Shown: positions 40,601 through 57,179 of the stretch, piece after piece
Layout of the letters: the number at the start of each line of letters is the position of its first letter
Position numbering within the stretch: the first letter of the stretch is position 1
Assembly: GCA_012295275.1 (NCBI GenBank)
Contig: CM022674.1
Coordinates: 11,284,001 to 11,348,000 of the forward strand
Reading direction: 5' to 3'
Length of the DNA stretch: 64,000 nt
Origin: Chrysomallon squamiferum
Taxonomy: Eukaryota; Animalia; Mollusca
The notes under the pieces: model-generated
The model's input: the letters and a program-made list of their open reading frames with translations, nothing else
What the model was told of the DNA's origin: nothing
Databases searched by the model: none
Program-made: the position numbers and the translations under genes

Positions 40601-41197
40601 TTGTTTGTGTGTGTGTGTGTGTAAATGAAAGTGTCCTTGCTTACATATATGCTTTCCCGACGTATGATTTTACTTAAAGAAGATATTCATTCAGTTCATT
40701 TTTCTTCTTTTTTTCAGTTTTTGTTTCTGCTTATTTCTGTCCTGTTTGTCTCTCGACTGGTCACAACAGACGTCGAAGTAGTTGTTCGTCCACTACTGGT
40801 CAGATGTCCGGATGCAAACGACAGCGGCTACTTAAGGAGCGGCATTCGTTTTCTTCTGGGCGAGCAGCCGATCAACAGAAGAAAAAAACAGGGGAGCGAG
40901 ACCGAGAATATAGAACCTTACTCGCCGCAGATTGACCTCCCTTGGTCCTGCAGATGCAGACATCGGCTGATAGACCTAGGAGAACACGTGATTCCCAGAT
41001 ACGTTAATGATGCTGTGTGCACGAACAGCATGTGCTGGTACGGACACTATTACTGTCTGCCAATTGAAATACAGCAGACGGTTATTGCCGGACATTCTGA
41101 CGTATGCACAGACAGACGACTCCCGGCAAATCTGAGAAGTCGTTACGTGCTTCAGACGGTGTCTGTGAATGCGGGGTGCCGTTGTGGCAGACGTTGA
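36876..41197 (+). CDS. Trunk/PTTH-like cystine-knot secreted hormone precursor, 165 aa
   Basis: Exon 36876-36893 (MSSMFQ, donor GTAAGA) plus exon 40718-41197. Features: signal peptide FLFLLISVLFVSRLVTT, basic site RRKK, then PWSC..DLG..PRY...C....CWYGHY.C.P...C.D..LP..L..Y....V..GC.C, which matches the trunk/PTTH/noggin-like pattern. Confidence 0.85.
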
Positions 41198-41211
41198 CTT
41201 GGTTTTTGTCC

Positions 41212-41268
41212 GTGTAATCATGAACCTGTGTAATCATGAACCTGTGTAATCATGAACCTGTCTAATCA
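41212..41268. repeat. 16-bp tandem repeat x3.5 (gtgtaatcatgaacct) just after the stop codon
   Basis: Directly visible. Confidence 0.85.
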
Positions 41269-41599
41269 AGAAAGAGAAAAATAATACTAATTTTTTTAAT
41301 TATTATTACTTTTTTTTTTTTTCTTTTTTTTTTGTTCGTGTTTTGAAGAGTTGGAAAAATTGAGGATAGACGTTATTGATGAGAACTAAGTGATTATTTT
41401 TCATTTAATGCTGTATACTCGACACACAAATTTTAGTTTTTTTTTTATTTTTTTTTTTTTGTATTTTTTTATTTGTAATTGTTAGTACTGCACTATAACT
41501 ACAACAGCAACAACTACTATTATTTACAATTGCTATTTGTACTAAAATAATTTTTATTTATTATTAAAACTGATATAAATTCGTCCTGATATATTTTTT

Positions 41600-41699
<100 letters not shown>

Positions 41700-42578
41700 C
41701 TACAATTATTTTTATTATCAAAAGTGATATAAATTCGTCCTGATATAATTTTTCAGATCTCTTTTCTTCTTTCTTTCTTTTGTTTTGACACTGTTGTCTT
41801 AGTTTTGGTGCCTATTCTAAAATAAAATATTAAAAGTTACATTCAGTGTTTTTAAGAACATATATAAATACATTTCCGAAGTTATTTCTTCATACAGAAG
41901 ATACTTTGTAATTACAGTACTGTAGTTATTCAAACTTTCTTACAAAATACCTGAAAATAATAATCTTAACTGCCTACAAAACGAACAAACAAAAATACCA
42001 GCAAGATTAATAAAAGCAACAACAATATAGCAACAGTAATAAATAAATAAATAAATAAATAAATGGTTATAATCTTGAGAATATTAAATAAATGTATGAA
42101 TGACAAATTAAAGAAAGGTAAATGGGAGAAAGGCTATTTCAAATGATTCAGAAAACAACCGTGATGGTAATGTTTTCAGCAATGTCTGCTAGCATCACAC
42201 GCTCATTCTGTCTTTTCACATTAAATAATTACATACATCTTGATGTATGTAAATGATGATGGTGATGATGATAATAAATCAAAGGATGTCCGTGTTGCAT
42301 TTAGCGGAAACACTCCGCTCATACAGCTTTGTAAATGACTTAAGTGAACTTACTTACCTTCAGACAGTCTTCAGTACTCTTAGTCTGATCCATTGTGTTA
42401 ACTTCATCCTGTTGTGCTGTTTATAAAACATGCAATTACTGCTATCTGCATATATATAAACAATAATAATAATAATAATAATAATAAATGATTCGTATAT
42501 TTTTCAAAATACCGATAGCAAAAATGATAACTTTCATTTAATAAATACATTTATTTTAAGTACAAAAATAATTATTTC

Positions 42579-42612
<34 letters not shown>

Positions 42613-43161
42613 AAGAAATAGAAAACAAAAAAGAAAAGAAAAGAGTTTAGACAATATATTACGTATAACGATAAACATACTTACTTTACAGACTATACGT
42701 TATTGTAAATCAATGTGTAACAATAATGTGACGTCATTTCAATTATATTACGTAAACGTCACCAATGACGTGAATGATATCGTGGACCAGACTTGGTGAC
42801 TTGGTAATGAAACTTTCTTCTTCTTCTTCTTCCTCTTCTTGGTTGTTACATTCTACTGTGCTGAATATGAGGTCACTTCTAGTTCCAAAATACCAGCAGT
42901 TTGAGTTGTAGCGGAATAGAACCCGTATGTATGTATGTATGTATGTTTGTATGTATGTATGTATGTACGTGTGTGTATGTATGTATGTTTGTATGTATGT
43001 ATGTTTGTATGTATGTATGTTTGTATGTATGTATGTATGTATGTATGTATGTATGTATGTATGTATGTATGTATGTATGTATGTATGTATGTATGTACGT
43101 ATGTATGTTTGTATGTTTGTATGTATGTATGTATGTATGTGTGTATGTATTTATGTATGTT

Positions 43162-43193
<32 letters not shown>

Positions 43194-43205
43194 TATATGT
43201 ATGTA

Positions 43206-43238
<33 letters not shown>

Positions 43239-44010
43239 GTGTGTTTGTACGTATGTAGCGAAGATCAAAATTTCACGAGTGGGCGAGAATGTGGCTGAAG
43301 AAAACAAGTTTAATTGGTATCAATAAAATGTCCGATTGTTACTGAAACGAGATTCCTAACTGGTTCACAAAGATAATCTTTCGAATACCGACCAAACACA
43401 ACCAAGTTTGTGATGTGAGCAACAATACATACAAACACTGAAGTAATAGATATAATCATTATTCAAAATAAACAAATTAATTTGTCTACGAACTGGATAA
43501 ATATAATCTACCGCAAAAATTTGCGGATAAAAATAGAGAAAAATCCGGGAAAAAACAGAAAAGCAAACACAGTTTACGAGACTATTGAATAGAGGAATGC
43601 TTACTTTATCTTATTTTAATTTTTAGAATTGTTTGCTTTCATTTCTGAAAACAGTCGACACCTATGCAAATAACTTTTATTCCCTGGGTTGTTTCTATTG
43701 TCGTGATTCTGTTCACGGCCTTTGACTGATCATGCATGGGTCTTCAACCAGTATTTCGTTAGACTATTTCTAAACGTATTTTTTGTTTATGAAATAAAAA
43801 AGTAAGTTTTAATTATATATTATCCATTCTTCGAGATAGTAATAAATGAGTGTAGTTAAGGAGAAGAAGAAGAAGAAGAAGAAAGAAAAAACACTGAAAT
43901 GTAAAAATGCGGCTGAACGTGCGATACACTGGAGTAAAATGGCGGCGCACCTTTGCGTTGTAAATTTAGTTTTATTGTCTTAGTTTATTACAAGTGATAT
44001 TAATTCGCAC

Positions 44011-44077
44011 GGAACAATAATGTAACAACTTGGAACAATAATGTAACAACTTGGAACAATAATGTAACAACTTGGAA
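44011..44077. repeat. 21-bp tandem repeat x3 (ggaacaataatgtaacaactt)
   Basis: Directly visible. Confidence 0.85.
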
Positions 44078-44183
44078 GTATAAAGAATTTTACCGGATCA
44101 TTTACACTTGTTGTCCCTCGAATGCTTTAAGAGTAAGGATTATTAAAACGATGAACAAGATTCTGTTTGACAAACATCATCAT

Positions 44184-44217
<34 letters not shown>

Positions 44218-44642
44218 ATAATAATAATAATAAAAAAAAATAAATAAATAAAATAAATAAAATAAAAAAAAAAAAAAAAAAAAAAAAAAAATAATAATAA
44301 TAATAATAATTAAAAAAAATTGCACTAATGAAATCAGCAATACTTTTATAGTGCTTTGATCATAATTACATTTGTCTATTGCATCGTCGGCAACAATGAA
44401 GTCGACGACGGCAGCAATGATTAAGAAAAGTTCAATACTTTGTGTATCGGATTCCGTGCTGTCAGTGAATAACAAAGTCGCAAATTTCAGATTTTAATCA
44501 GAATTCACGCACACCTGCGACCAGAATGTTTGGTCAATAAAAAGTCAGGTTACCTTGTACCAAAGCTGTTTCCAGTCGTGATGATATTTTTTGTGGTCAA
44601 GGATTAAAAAAAAAAAAAATAATAAAAAAATTAAATAAATAA

Positions 44643-44726
<84 letters not shown>

Positions 44727-44914
44727 CGTAGTAGTAGTAATAATAATAGTAAGACGAAGCAGAAGAAGAAAAAAGAAGAAGAAAGAGAATTCAGTAATAA
44801 TTATAATGATGAGATCATCATGATCATCATGGCCATCATCATTATTATCCTTGTTATTGTCTTTTTTATTTTATTGTTATTATTTTGTGATTGTTAATAT
44901 TTTGTGCTTGTGTA

Positions 44915-44945
<31 letters not shown>

Positions 44946-45496
44946 ATACGTAAGACAATCGCTTTACCTAAGTAAACCTCTTTCCTGAAAAATAAATAAA
45001 TTGATTTTGCTTAATTCTTCTATGAGTAGAAAATGGATTAACAATTTTTTGTTACTTAATTTTAATTTTTCATTCATTTGTTCATGTTTTTATTTCCTTC
45101 TCTAGTTTTGTTATATTTTATATATCGGCTGAGAATTTTCTAAAAGGAAAAAAAGAAAAAACAAACCTGAGAACAGATATTGACAACAAACAACACGAAA
45201 CCTTTTTGATATGTTTAAAGAGATTTCTCATGCAGAAATATAACAAAGCTCGTAATAAAAAAAAAAGATTAACAAAAAAATAAATAAATAAAACTGTATG
45301 TAACAGTCTGGAAATAATGATGATTTTCATAACAAATAAATTAAAACTATAAATATCTGCTTTCAAATACAGAGATATTTGAAACTGGAAACATACACGC
45401 ACAAACATACAAAAACAAACAAACAACTGGTGACATACACAAAACTGTCTGTCAAATTCAATTAATATAAAGCAGACAATTTATATTTTTCATGTA

Positions 45497-45585
<89 letters not shown>

Positions 45586-45645
45586 AAAAGAAGAAGAAAA
45601 GAAACTGATAAACTTTAAGACAAAATCTTATATTTTTGGAATTTC

Positions 45646-45720
<75 letters not shown>

Positions 45721-46074
45721 AATAATAATAATAATAATAATAATTATAATAATAATAAAACATACTAAAATGAAGCGAAAGTCAAGTAACCAGTCACTTA
45801 TTTTCAAGGTTGTTGAATTTTTCCATTTGAATTCTTTGTGTTGCCATCTGACGTAAAACCAATTTAATTTAATAATTTGTGTATAAGCGTAACTCATATC
45901 AAGCTTAATGTCGCGGACGGGAAGCGTACACAGAATGTCTCCATGTCTTTTTTTAATCTTCTCCAATCATATAATCACCCAGTCTTGCTCTAATCATATA
46001 ACTGGAAGGGAATATTGAAAAGAAAAAATAAAAAAAAAAAGCTACCTTTTTGTTAATTATTAATTAATTAATTA

Positions 46075-46158
<84 letters not shown>

Positions 46159-46166
46159 TTGGTATT

Positions 46167-47541
46167 TCATTCAGTTTTATTTGGCTGGTTTTCAAGACTG
46201 GACGTTGCTACACGTTTCAGCGAAATACTGCACAAAGTTGTTTGACTGGTCGCCATGGCTGTCTCTTTGATCATTGACTGAACAGAAAACTGATTACCAG
46301 TCAATCTGCAGCAACACAGATCCCTCAAAGCGCAGCGGAAGCGGGAACCAGTTATGCAGTAGAGAAAGAAATTGACGCATTTGTTTGAGTACAGGAGATA
46401 AAAAACTGCTGAAAACACTAACTGGTTTGTTGCCTTTTTCTTGGGATCTGTATACAGATCTGTGACATGTGGCGAAATTACGAGATGAATCGAAAACGGG
46501 TATGTCAGTATTATAAGAGTAAACGACTGCGCCAACAGCATAAATGTTATTTGCTGCCACTTCGATCGCGAAGCGGATTGGCTGCAGTTTGACCCTCTGT
46601 AACCAGAATGAGTCCGCGACGTTGATTGGCTGGTATTGCATCCGCCATAAACACTTGCAGAACTACTACAGCTAGGCGTTTCCGAGCGGACACAAGTGAC
46701 GCTGTTGTCGACACTGTTTCGTTTACCTGATTTTAAATTGTTAAAGTGTTCCATGTTCTCAGACCTCCAGACGTTAACTGTGATAATAGTATTGCTTGCG
46801 ATGATGACTAAAAAACACAACGTCAAAAATGTGATGTGTAACCAAGGCCAGATATTTTTAGAAAAGTTCTTATACGTCATGTTGATTAAGATGACGTCAC
46901 AAAGACGATCCGTCCTTTCCGGAGGAACGATGTCAGAAAGAAAAGGAAATGAAACTCTTTCGCGGCTACCAGTGCCATTAATACAATAATGGTTATTTTA
47001 GCTCTCTTTATCAAGTCGACTGTCGATGCCTTAATGGGATTCATGATGACGAAAGCACGATCTGCAGTCATCACCGCAGTGAGGACAATTGTATAGTCAC
47101 AGTTAAAGTATCCGTAGAAGTTGAAAAACTTACACATGTAATGCGAATGGGAGGATCTCACAAACGTCCAGGGAAAGTTAACATACAGCCAGTGAGGTGT
47201 CAGAGATATTACTAAGCTCACAGCATCATTGACGGCGCATGCGCTCATATAAACGGATGTCGATAAAGAACGGAAGTAATGAGATCGCATAACAAGAAAC
47301 GCCAGGATGTTGCACACGTCCCCAGGACAACTAGGGCGGGTGGAACGTACAGGTTGACAAAGTCGGCGATTTTGAAGTCCTCGAGTTCTCTGGCTGTGAT
47401 ATTCGCTGACGAAGACGTGGCTTCAGATGTCGTCAAATAATCATTCTGAATTAGGTTAAAGGACGTTGTGGTTGCTGATGTATTTGACATATTATCAAAA
47501 ATGATTTTCGCTCCAATTAAAGAGATGAAATTATTCCACAT
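46167..47541 (-). CDS. Class A GPCR, FMRFamide/peptide-receptor-like, single coding exon, two 1-nt frameshifts
   Basis: Three overlapping ORFs give a glycosylated N-terminus, TM1 YVPPALVVLGTC(G)NILAF, TM2 AVND, MCKF, TM3 DRA, TM5, TM6 TYP and TM7 NKCVNFFLYCITGSRFR. The frame is restored by +1 at ~47313 and +1 at 46937-46939. Start at 47541 or 47490; acceptor at 47584-47585. Confidence 0.87.
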
Positions 47542-48007
47542 CTTTCTAGAAAATTCTGAATTCTTTGTGTTTTTGACAGTTCACTGAAAATAAATAAATA
47601 AATGAAATGAAATAAAATAAAAATTAACTTAATAAATAAAAGAAAAGAAAATGAAAGAAAAAAAAAAGAAAAACGAAAACAAAAGGATTAGAAGTATTAT
47701 GGTTACTGAAACTGTTTATAAAACTTATTGCATTAATAATTTTTAATATATATATGTACTGAAATTAATCATTTATTTATAAATAAATACAGTGAAAGAA
47801 AAAGGTGAGAATGATTGAAAGAACTGTTAAAACTAACATCTCTTTCTTTACTTCCTTCCAGTCAGATTTTGCAAAATAAACTAAAAATGGTACTTTTATC
47901 ACAAACAATTACGTACTTATGCACGCACTCACACAAACATATAAATCCTAATAGGTTATTATTATATATGTGTATCTGGATAGTATTATGTACATATGAA
48001 TACAAAT

Positions 48008-48111
<104 letters not shown>

Positions 48112-48128
48112 CCTCTCCCTCTCTCTCT

Positions 48129-48491
48129 CTGTGAGTCTTTTCCTCTTTAAGGTGTATCCTCATTCATTCATTACACGTTTGTCTCATATTCTTCAACCCT
48201 TTAACAGTTTTTCTTTTTCATATAACCAGCTATTCTATTTTTCTTCTTTCTCTAAACAGATATCTCTTGTTATCTGAAATCTTAATTAACAAAACAATTT
48301 TCTTTCCAGAACAAAACAGTATTATTCACCCTCGCATTGATTAACCTCTACCTCGTGTTTCCTGAGCTCTGTCAATGTTTGATATGAAGGTTATGTCTGT
48401 ATACGAAATGTCAACTTTTACTGAATCTTAACAGCACGGTTACACGTTGTATAAAATACAGTTTAACACTTGTACATTGATTTTAATATCA
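48129..48491. repeat. Dispersed ~370-bp element, copy 2 (copy 1 at 5595-5965)
   Basis: Near-identical to 5595-5965, also preceded by (CT)n. Confidence 0.92.
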
Positions 48492-48653
48492 CTCATTGTC
48501 TACACTGTAAATTCATTCCTCTTTATAGACAGGTGAACATTTGTTTTTGTTTTAATTTATAAGCAAAACACACATGTATATACCGTTTAACCCATATCAT
48601 TATACATACACACATATATACGTATATATACGTATATGTATGTATGTATGTAG

Positions 48654-50642
<1,989 letters not shown>

Positions 50643-50645
50643 GTG

Positions 50646-50773
<128 letters not shown>

Positions 50774-51846
50774 CAAACTGTTAAATAACTCAGAAATTCA
50801 GAAAGATGATAAGGACGTTTTATGCCAAACACGTCCAGGCTGTGGTACAAACGACTGCTCTTTTGATCATACAAAATCGTTGAGTGTAAATACAACAAAT
50901 AGCCAATACACACGTTCTACGAGACAGATTTTATTGAAATAAAATAATCTCTTTTAATGATCTTTGTTAAAGGCCTTGGACTTCCTTACATTGTTCTTAC
51001 GATTTGTATGACTTTGTTAAAGGATAATGTGGTATTTGTATAAATAAAATAATTATTTGGAAATATACTAGATGTATTTAGACTACTGGTTCGTAAATAA
51101 TAACAACTGTAGTAGAAGTAGTAGTAGCAATAATTAGTATATAATATATAGTAGTAGTAATAGTAGTAAAAGTAAAAATAGTGATTGTACTAATAGTGAT
51201 AATATTAGAAGTAGTAGTAGCAGCAGTAGTAGTAGTAATGATAGTAGTAGAGTATTAGTATTAATGTTAGTAGTAGGCATAGTAGAGTAGCAGTAGTAGT
51301 ATTAGTAGTAATAGTAGTAGCAGCAACAGCAGCAGTAGTGGTAAAAGTAGTGGTAGTAGTAGCAAACGTAGAGATAGTAGTAGTAATAGAAATAATAGTA
51401 ACAACAACAACAGTTTGTTGTTTTGATATTAGCCACGTCACAAGATTTTATTTCAGTGGTATTCAAGTCTACCTTTTAAACAAACACGTGGACATATTTG
51501 TTTTATTGCCATATAATGTAATATATAAAAAATAATAATAAAATAAAAAAAATAATAATAAATAATTAACGGACAGAGAAGGAAAATAAAGACAAATTAT
51601 TTGTAGGATTACATTAAAATTTCATTAAAACGTATTGTTTGTACCAGCACGTTAATCACATTTTGAGTAATGATCTTACTGCCTCTCAAACATAATTTAC
51701 GCTGTATGGAAATGTGGTAATTTGAGACTGTATAAAATATGGTAATGATATAGATTCTGAACGTTGCTGTTTTCTTAGCTTTCAAAATAAAAGAACAATT
51801 TAATAAATTAAATAGTTAGCAGATATATTATGTAGGAAGAATTTTT

Positions 51847-51879
<33 letters not shown>

Positions 51880-53754
51880 TAATTATATTTAAATAAGAAA
51901 ATGAAGGTTAAGTAAATCACAAAAAAGTTAAAATTAATTAATTAATTACTATTACTATTACAACTGCTACTACTACTACAATTACTACTATAACTATTAC
52001 AATTACTACCATTACTACAATTATTATTATTATAACCATCTTCATTTATTGTGTTGTTGTTGTTGTTGTTGTAGATGTTGTTATTATTATTATTGTTATT
52101 GCATCATTTAGTATAAACCTATCCAACAATTTCCTGTATGGTTGGTTGTGACATTTAAACATATTTTATTATTTTTATATTTTATTCAAGTTAATGAATT
52201 TTTTGTAAACATACAAAACATTTTAAAATATTTGTACAGTTATAACTACACTTTATCTTTCACACATACAGACTATATAAATAAGAAATTACCTTCACTT
52301 GATGTAACCAATGGTGATGACGTCATATTCGTCTGACTAATATAAAAAGTTGGATTGCCTGCATCACGAAACGAAATATATTGTCTAATTTGGAAACTGA
52401 ACACAATATGTTGTCATAGCAGTCTCAGACTGACTGAGGTTTATTATAAAATAGTCCTATTCCTTATATGGTAATTGGAGTGTTCCATTTCCTTAATAAA
52501 CACAGCTTGCAATTGATTACCCCAAGAAGTGTTTGTTTATCCGGGTTCCGTCTACTTAAGTACGTGTGCGGTTGAAGACGAGGTATTCGAGATCGATTTA
52601 TGAATTCGATTTAGAAGTAATACCAGTAATATTAGATAAAGATGAACACAAAAATAATTTAAAATAATAATAACAACGTTAGAAATTAATTGTGGCAGAT
52701 TATTATTCGATAAGCCATCTTCTTTTCAGTTTTTTAAAATTTTCTTAAAGAACATTCTGCGATGCAGTATTTGCGCATGCTTGAATTCCTGTGTATATAT
52801 GCATGTATGTATGTGTGTGTGATTGCATAAATACACATAGATAAAAAAAAAAAAAAGAAGGCACACAAATACAAATACAGCTTAAGCTTAGTCATTATCA
52901 AAATAAGCACATATTTAGGGAACTAAGAACAGGGGTAATAACAGTATGTTTTCTCTTTCTCACATAATCTTATCTTTTCAGTCTCGTTTATATACTTATT
53001 GTTCTCAGTTTTGAATATATATATATATATATGTATAGAAAGTTGTAGACGTAGTTCATTCAGTATAGCTCGTTCTTTTATCTATCTATCTGTCTGTAAA
53101 ATCTATCTATCTATCTATCTGCCAGTCTGTCTGTTTCTCTCTCTGTCTGTCTATCTACATATATCTCTATATAACCATATACATCACATACAAAGTAATA
53201 ACACACGTTTGTGAATGTTTTTATTCTCTGTGTACGATTTTACAGATTGTGCAATCCTATTTGCACCAAAAGATGACGAAATAACCTCGGCCACGACAAT
53301 ATATGCAGATCCGGTAAAATAATCACATACGTCGAAAGCACGTTCACATTTAAACCAGAAAAATTCATTATGATAATTTAAGCTCAATGAATAATTCATT
53401 AAACAATTTTTATTTCACTTTTTTTTTAAATTTTAGTATTAATATATTTTTTTTATTATTATTTTAATTTTATTACTATTATACTTTTCTTTTTTTTTTT
53501 CTTTTAAATACCTTTGACACTTTATATTTATTTCAGAGTAGTGGTTCATATTTCCAAAGTCATGCCTCTAATAACAAGTTTCCTATAAATGCAATTACAT
53601 ATTCAAAAACATTATATCGATCGAAAGCTTACTTAACAATAACTGCACAAAAAAATTATTTTATATATTGACGACTGTACAACGCCAGTCTCGTCTTTAG
53701 TGAAAGAAAAAGAAGAAACCCGTTTGTTTTATAATTAGAGCTATTATTCTGTCT

Positions 53755-53900
53755 TTGGGGTGGTTCAAACAAAAGATCCCTTGTTGCTAGTCAGAAAAGA
53801 GTAACCCATGCAGTGGCGGCTGCTGGTTTCCATTCATTCTCTGTGTGGTTTTTAACAAGGTGTCCGATATAATCATACTGTGTGTGCTTCATCCTTTCTG
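53755..53900 (+). mobile_element. Degenerate SINE fragment (molluscan SINE core/3' region-like)
   Basis: aaaagatcccttgttgctagtcagaaaagagtaacccatgcagtggcggctgctggtttcc...tgtgtggt resembles, from memory, an abundant gastropod SINE body. Not verified by search. Confidence 0.5.
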
Positions 53901-54302
53901 TTTGACAGAAACGTAGGTAATTATCTTTTAAAAAATATATATAAATGAATGGATGAATGAATGAATTAACGAACGAACGATCGAATGAATAAAAGAAAGA
54001 AAGAAAGAAAGAAAGAAAAAAGGAAGAAAGAAAGAAAATTTAAAAATGAACAAGAAAAAAAAAATCTTATAATCAAAAGGAAGATTTTTGATAATGGAAT
54101 ATAAAACAGCCTATATTTATTTCTATACTATTAATGGTCGTTTTTGCAATCAGCAACAACAAAATATATACATAAATAATTTAATAAATAAATAAATAAT
54201 TTAATAAATAAATAAATAAATAAATAACAGTAACAATAACGCAAAACTTGATAAATCTACTTTGTCTTTTCTCTTGATGACTAAACAAACAAAGAGAAAT
54301 CT

Positions 54303-54770
54303 ATGTCTAAGTTTGTTTATCTATCAGTGTCTAAGTTTGTTTATCTATCAGTGTCTAAGTTTGCTTATCAATGTCTAAGTTTGTTTATCTATCAGTGTCT
54401 AAGTTTGCTTATCTATCAGTGTCTAAGTTTGCTTATCTATCAGTGTCTAAGTTTGCTTATCAATGTCTAAGTTTGTTTATCTATCAGTGTCTAAGTGTGT
54501 TTATCTATCAATGTCTAAGTTTGTTTATCTATCAGTGTCTAAGTTTGCTTATCAATGTCTAAGTTTGTTTATCTATCAATGTCTGAGTTTGTTTATCTAT
54601 CAGTGTCTAAGTTTGTTTATCTATCAATGTCTAAGTTTGTTTATCTATCAGTGTCTAAGTTTGTTTATCTATCAGTGTCTAAGTTTGTTTATCTATCAGT
54701 GTCTAAGTTTGTTTATCTATCAATGTCTAAGTTTGTTTATCTGTCAATGTCTAAGTTTGTTTATCTATCA
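54303..54770. repeat. Minisatellite of 24-bp (tgtctaagtttgtttatctatcag) and 20-bp variant units, ~20 copies
   Basis: Directly visible. Explains the repetitive ORFs at 54371-54935. Confidence 0.95.
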
Positions 54771-55282
54771 ATTTATCTGTTTGTTCTCTCGGCGTTCCAA
54801 GTGTCCCCAGGAGTAACCAAGCGAAGAAAATCGTCAAATCCATGTTTGATACATTGTTGTTTATTAACTTTGTTATTAGTAAAGGTTTGGGAATATGATA
54901 ACAAAATTGGGGCGTCTGTCGTAGGATTACTATAAATAATTTTAAGAAATGAGTGAGGTTTAGAATGATGATGAAAATAATAATAATGATAACGATTATT
55001 ATGAAGATGATAACAACAATGATGATGATTTAATATAATGATAATAATAATCATATTGATGGTAATGATAACAAAAATGAAGATGACGATGATGATAATA
55101 AACGTTTTAATCGTTTTATTTGAACGGTTATAAAAAAGACCCAGTTTTTCAGATACTGCGCCTTTAATAAAGTAAAGGTTAAAGTGACATCAGCTTTGAT
55201 GTGTTTATTCAGAACAAATAAAACACATTTAAGCTGATTATTCTTAGATATGCAATAAACAGTAAGTACACAAAGAGAGAAT

Positions 55283-55371
<89 letters not shown>

Positions 55372-55650
55372 AACCTGATATGGTGTAATAATAACAGTGA
55401 TAAATCTCTTTGACATTGATTACGTGACCAACGACAGCCACAACAACATTAATGATAACTAAAGACAAAATACAAGAGGGAGCTGTTGTTTTTTTTTTTT
55501 TTTTTTTTTTTTTTTATTTAAGTGCGGGTTTTCGGGTTAAGAAAAAAAAAATAAAGAGAAAAAAGGATATTAGAAAAAGAAAGGAAAATATCAAGTGTTG
55601 ATGTGTAAATATAAGAATTTCTTGGAACATTCTTTTGTATTAATTAATTA

Positions 55651-55687
<37 letters not shown>

Positions 55688-55787
55688 TTATTTATTTATT
55701 TATTATTGTTTTTTTATTTATTTATTTATTTATTATTGTTTTTTTATTTATTTATTTATTTATTATTATTATTATTATTTTATAAAC

Positions 55788-55837
<50 letters not shown>

Positions 55838-57179
55838 CAAAAGATAAATAAATAATACAACGAATTCAATTGTTTTGGGCGAATTAATAACAAAGTACGT
55901 CAATAAAATGATAGTTACAAAACATTTAAACACCGCCATTGTATCTGTTCATCTCGCGAGTTTTTAGATGATGAAATTAGAAGACATTTCAGAAAGAGAA
56001 AAAATCAGTCTGCTTTGTGATCGATGACGTCATGATTAATGAAAAATAGCTACGACTAAACTATTCTTATATTGACATATTTTGTTATTGATTTTTCACG
56101 AGATTAAAAAAAATCCCCAAAACTGGAAGTTTCTAGAATATATTTAGATTGTTTCTTCATTGCATCGAATATACACATTAAGTTGTGACATAAAGAATAC
56201 ATTGACACATTACTGTAGTATTACTATTACTTGTAGTATGAAAGTTTGTCTACGTGTGTTTCCGAATTGTGAATAATGATTTCTGACGTGTTCTGGGGTT
56301 TTCAGTTCAAAAATATAAATAAATAAATGTAAAAATTAATTGAAAGTTGCAAAGAAAGTTAAAATAATAATAATAAAAAAATATACTGAATTAGGTTAGT
56401 CCAAGTTTCTGAGCATGATGTAAGGCTATGTTAATAAATTAATACATAATTATACATGATGATGATGATGATGATAATAAGAAGATTATGATTATGTTAA
56501 GGGCACATTGTGAGAAATAATTGGATAAAAAAACAACAACAAAACACATCTGGATGTATAAAAATAACAAAATTTATATTGCATTTAACACTGAAATCAT
56601 ATACCACATCAAACGTTTCAAAACAACAATTTTTAAAATAACAATACAAAGAGTATTGAAAAATACCACATAAAAGAATATAAATATATATCTTGGTTCA
56701 CAAATTGATCAATTCACAGTATCATTGTATCTAAAATATAAACATGAATAAATGAATCAATAATAGTAGTAGCAGTAGTAATAATAATAAGAAAAGCAAT
56801 AATAATAAAATAAATAGCTGTTTATTTTTTCAAAAGAAGATAAAATTAGAAAAAAAAAAATTATTACATACAATCTCTCTCAATATTTACCATATAAAAA
56901 ATTTAAAATACAAAGATATGATATGTTAAAGTAACAATGAAAAAACAATTTTGTTTGATAAGTATCTTGGCCACAGATTTTTCTAAAAACATGATATTAA
57001 CTTACATAGTTATTTTCCTTTACAAGTATATAAATAAATTCTAGTCTACAGTCTTTGGCATGTCAAGTTTATTTCTAACTATGTGAACATGAAACTGAAA
57101 TTTAAAATGGTATTTAAATATACATTACTTGATATTTACATACTGGGGAAACAAAAAGAACATTTGCAACAGAAACCTT

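Noticed and set aside
40625-40717. N-terminal 31 aa of the 190-aa ORF as the start of the trunk-like protein
   Set aside because: This is intronic polypyrimidine tract ending in ttttcag at 40717. The upstream MSSMFQ exon with a TATA box gives a proper signal peptide.
54371-54935. Repetitive ORFs (SKFVYLSV / QCLSLFIY)n
   Set aside because: A 24-bp minisatellite with 20-bp variants that shift frame, which is not coding behaviour.
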